A stretch of DNA of 64,000 nucleotides from Squalus acanthias. Taxonomy: Eukaryota. Position numbers and translations under genes: made by a program. The stretch is from positions 496,001 through 560,000 of the forward strand of contig JASTWF010000180.1 of assembly GCA_030390025.1 (NCBI GenBank). Direction: 5' to 3'. Each line of letters opens with the position of its first letter. Within the stretch, counting starts at the first letter, position 1. The notes under the pieces are model-generated. The model made no database searches and was not told the origin of the DNA. It saw only the letters and a program-made list of their open reading frames with translations. Shown here piece by piece: positions 63,914 to 64,000 of this stretch.

Positions 63914-63974
63914 TATACTGGAGCTAATGATAAGTTAATATTCGGTAGTGGGACCGAATTGACCGTGGAGCCGA
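63914..63974 (+). CDS. TCR J segment (intact), YTGANDKLIFGSGTELTVEP
   Basis: FGxG motif and GTGAGT donor at 63975. Heptamer CACGGTG at 63907-63913, 12-nt spacer, degenerate nonamer AGTTTGGAC. Confidence 0.9.
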
Positions 63975-64000
63975 GTGAGTATAAACTATTAGTACCGATT

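Overview
Vertebrate genomic DNA, most likely a cartilaginous fish (shark-type IgHV leader and framework; CR1, L2, RTE, Penelope and DeuSINE repeats). Most of the window is retroelement debris, but it holds part of an unrearranged antigen-receptor locus on the + strand. (1) Three intact immunoglobulin-heavy-chain-like V segments, each with a leader exon, a ~120-bp intron, a V exon and a canonical 23-RSS, sit in tandemly duplicated cassettes at ~7.7, 13.0 and 22.9 kb. (2) About 38 kb downstream is a single TCR-delta-type D segment (12-RSS/GGGATACG/23-RSS). (3) Within ~2.1 kb of the D are TCR-type J segments with 12-RSS: two intact and two frameshifted, all long and J-alpha-like. No constant exon was recognised, so delta versus alpha is unresolved. 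This looks like an Ig-V/TCR-D-J chimeric cassette (IgHV-TCR / TAILV type) able to join V-J or V-D-J in cis. Between V and D is an old, TE-fragmented inverted duplication (~30.0-36.9 kb vs ~43.5-58.9 kb). Its non-repeat parts keep a 60/60-identical core, an octamer plus E-box and a triple CCAAT module, so they are candidate duplicated cis-regulatory elements. Also present: a near-intact CR1 LINE, a solo LTR with 4-bp TSD, Penelope fragments with minimal hammerhead ribozymes, a Harbinger-like MITE and an RTE nested inverted inside an RTE. All calls come from manual reading; no searches were run, and TE boundaries are approximate.
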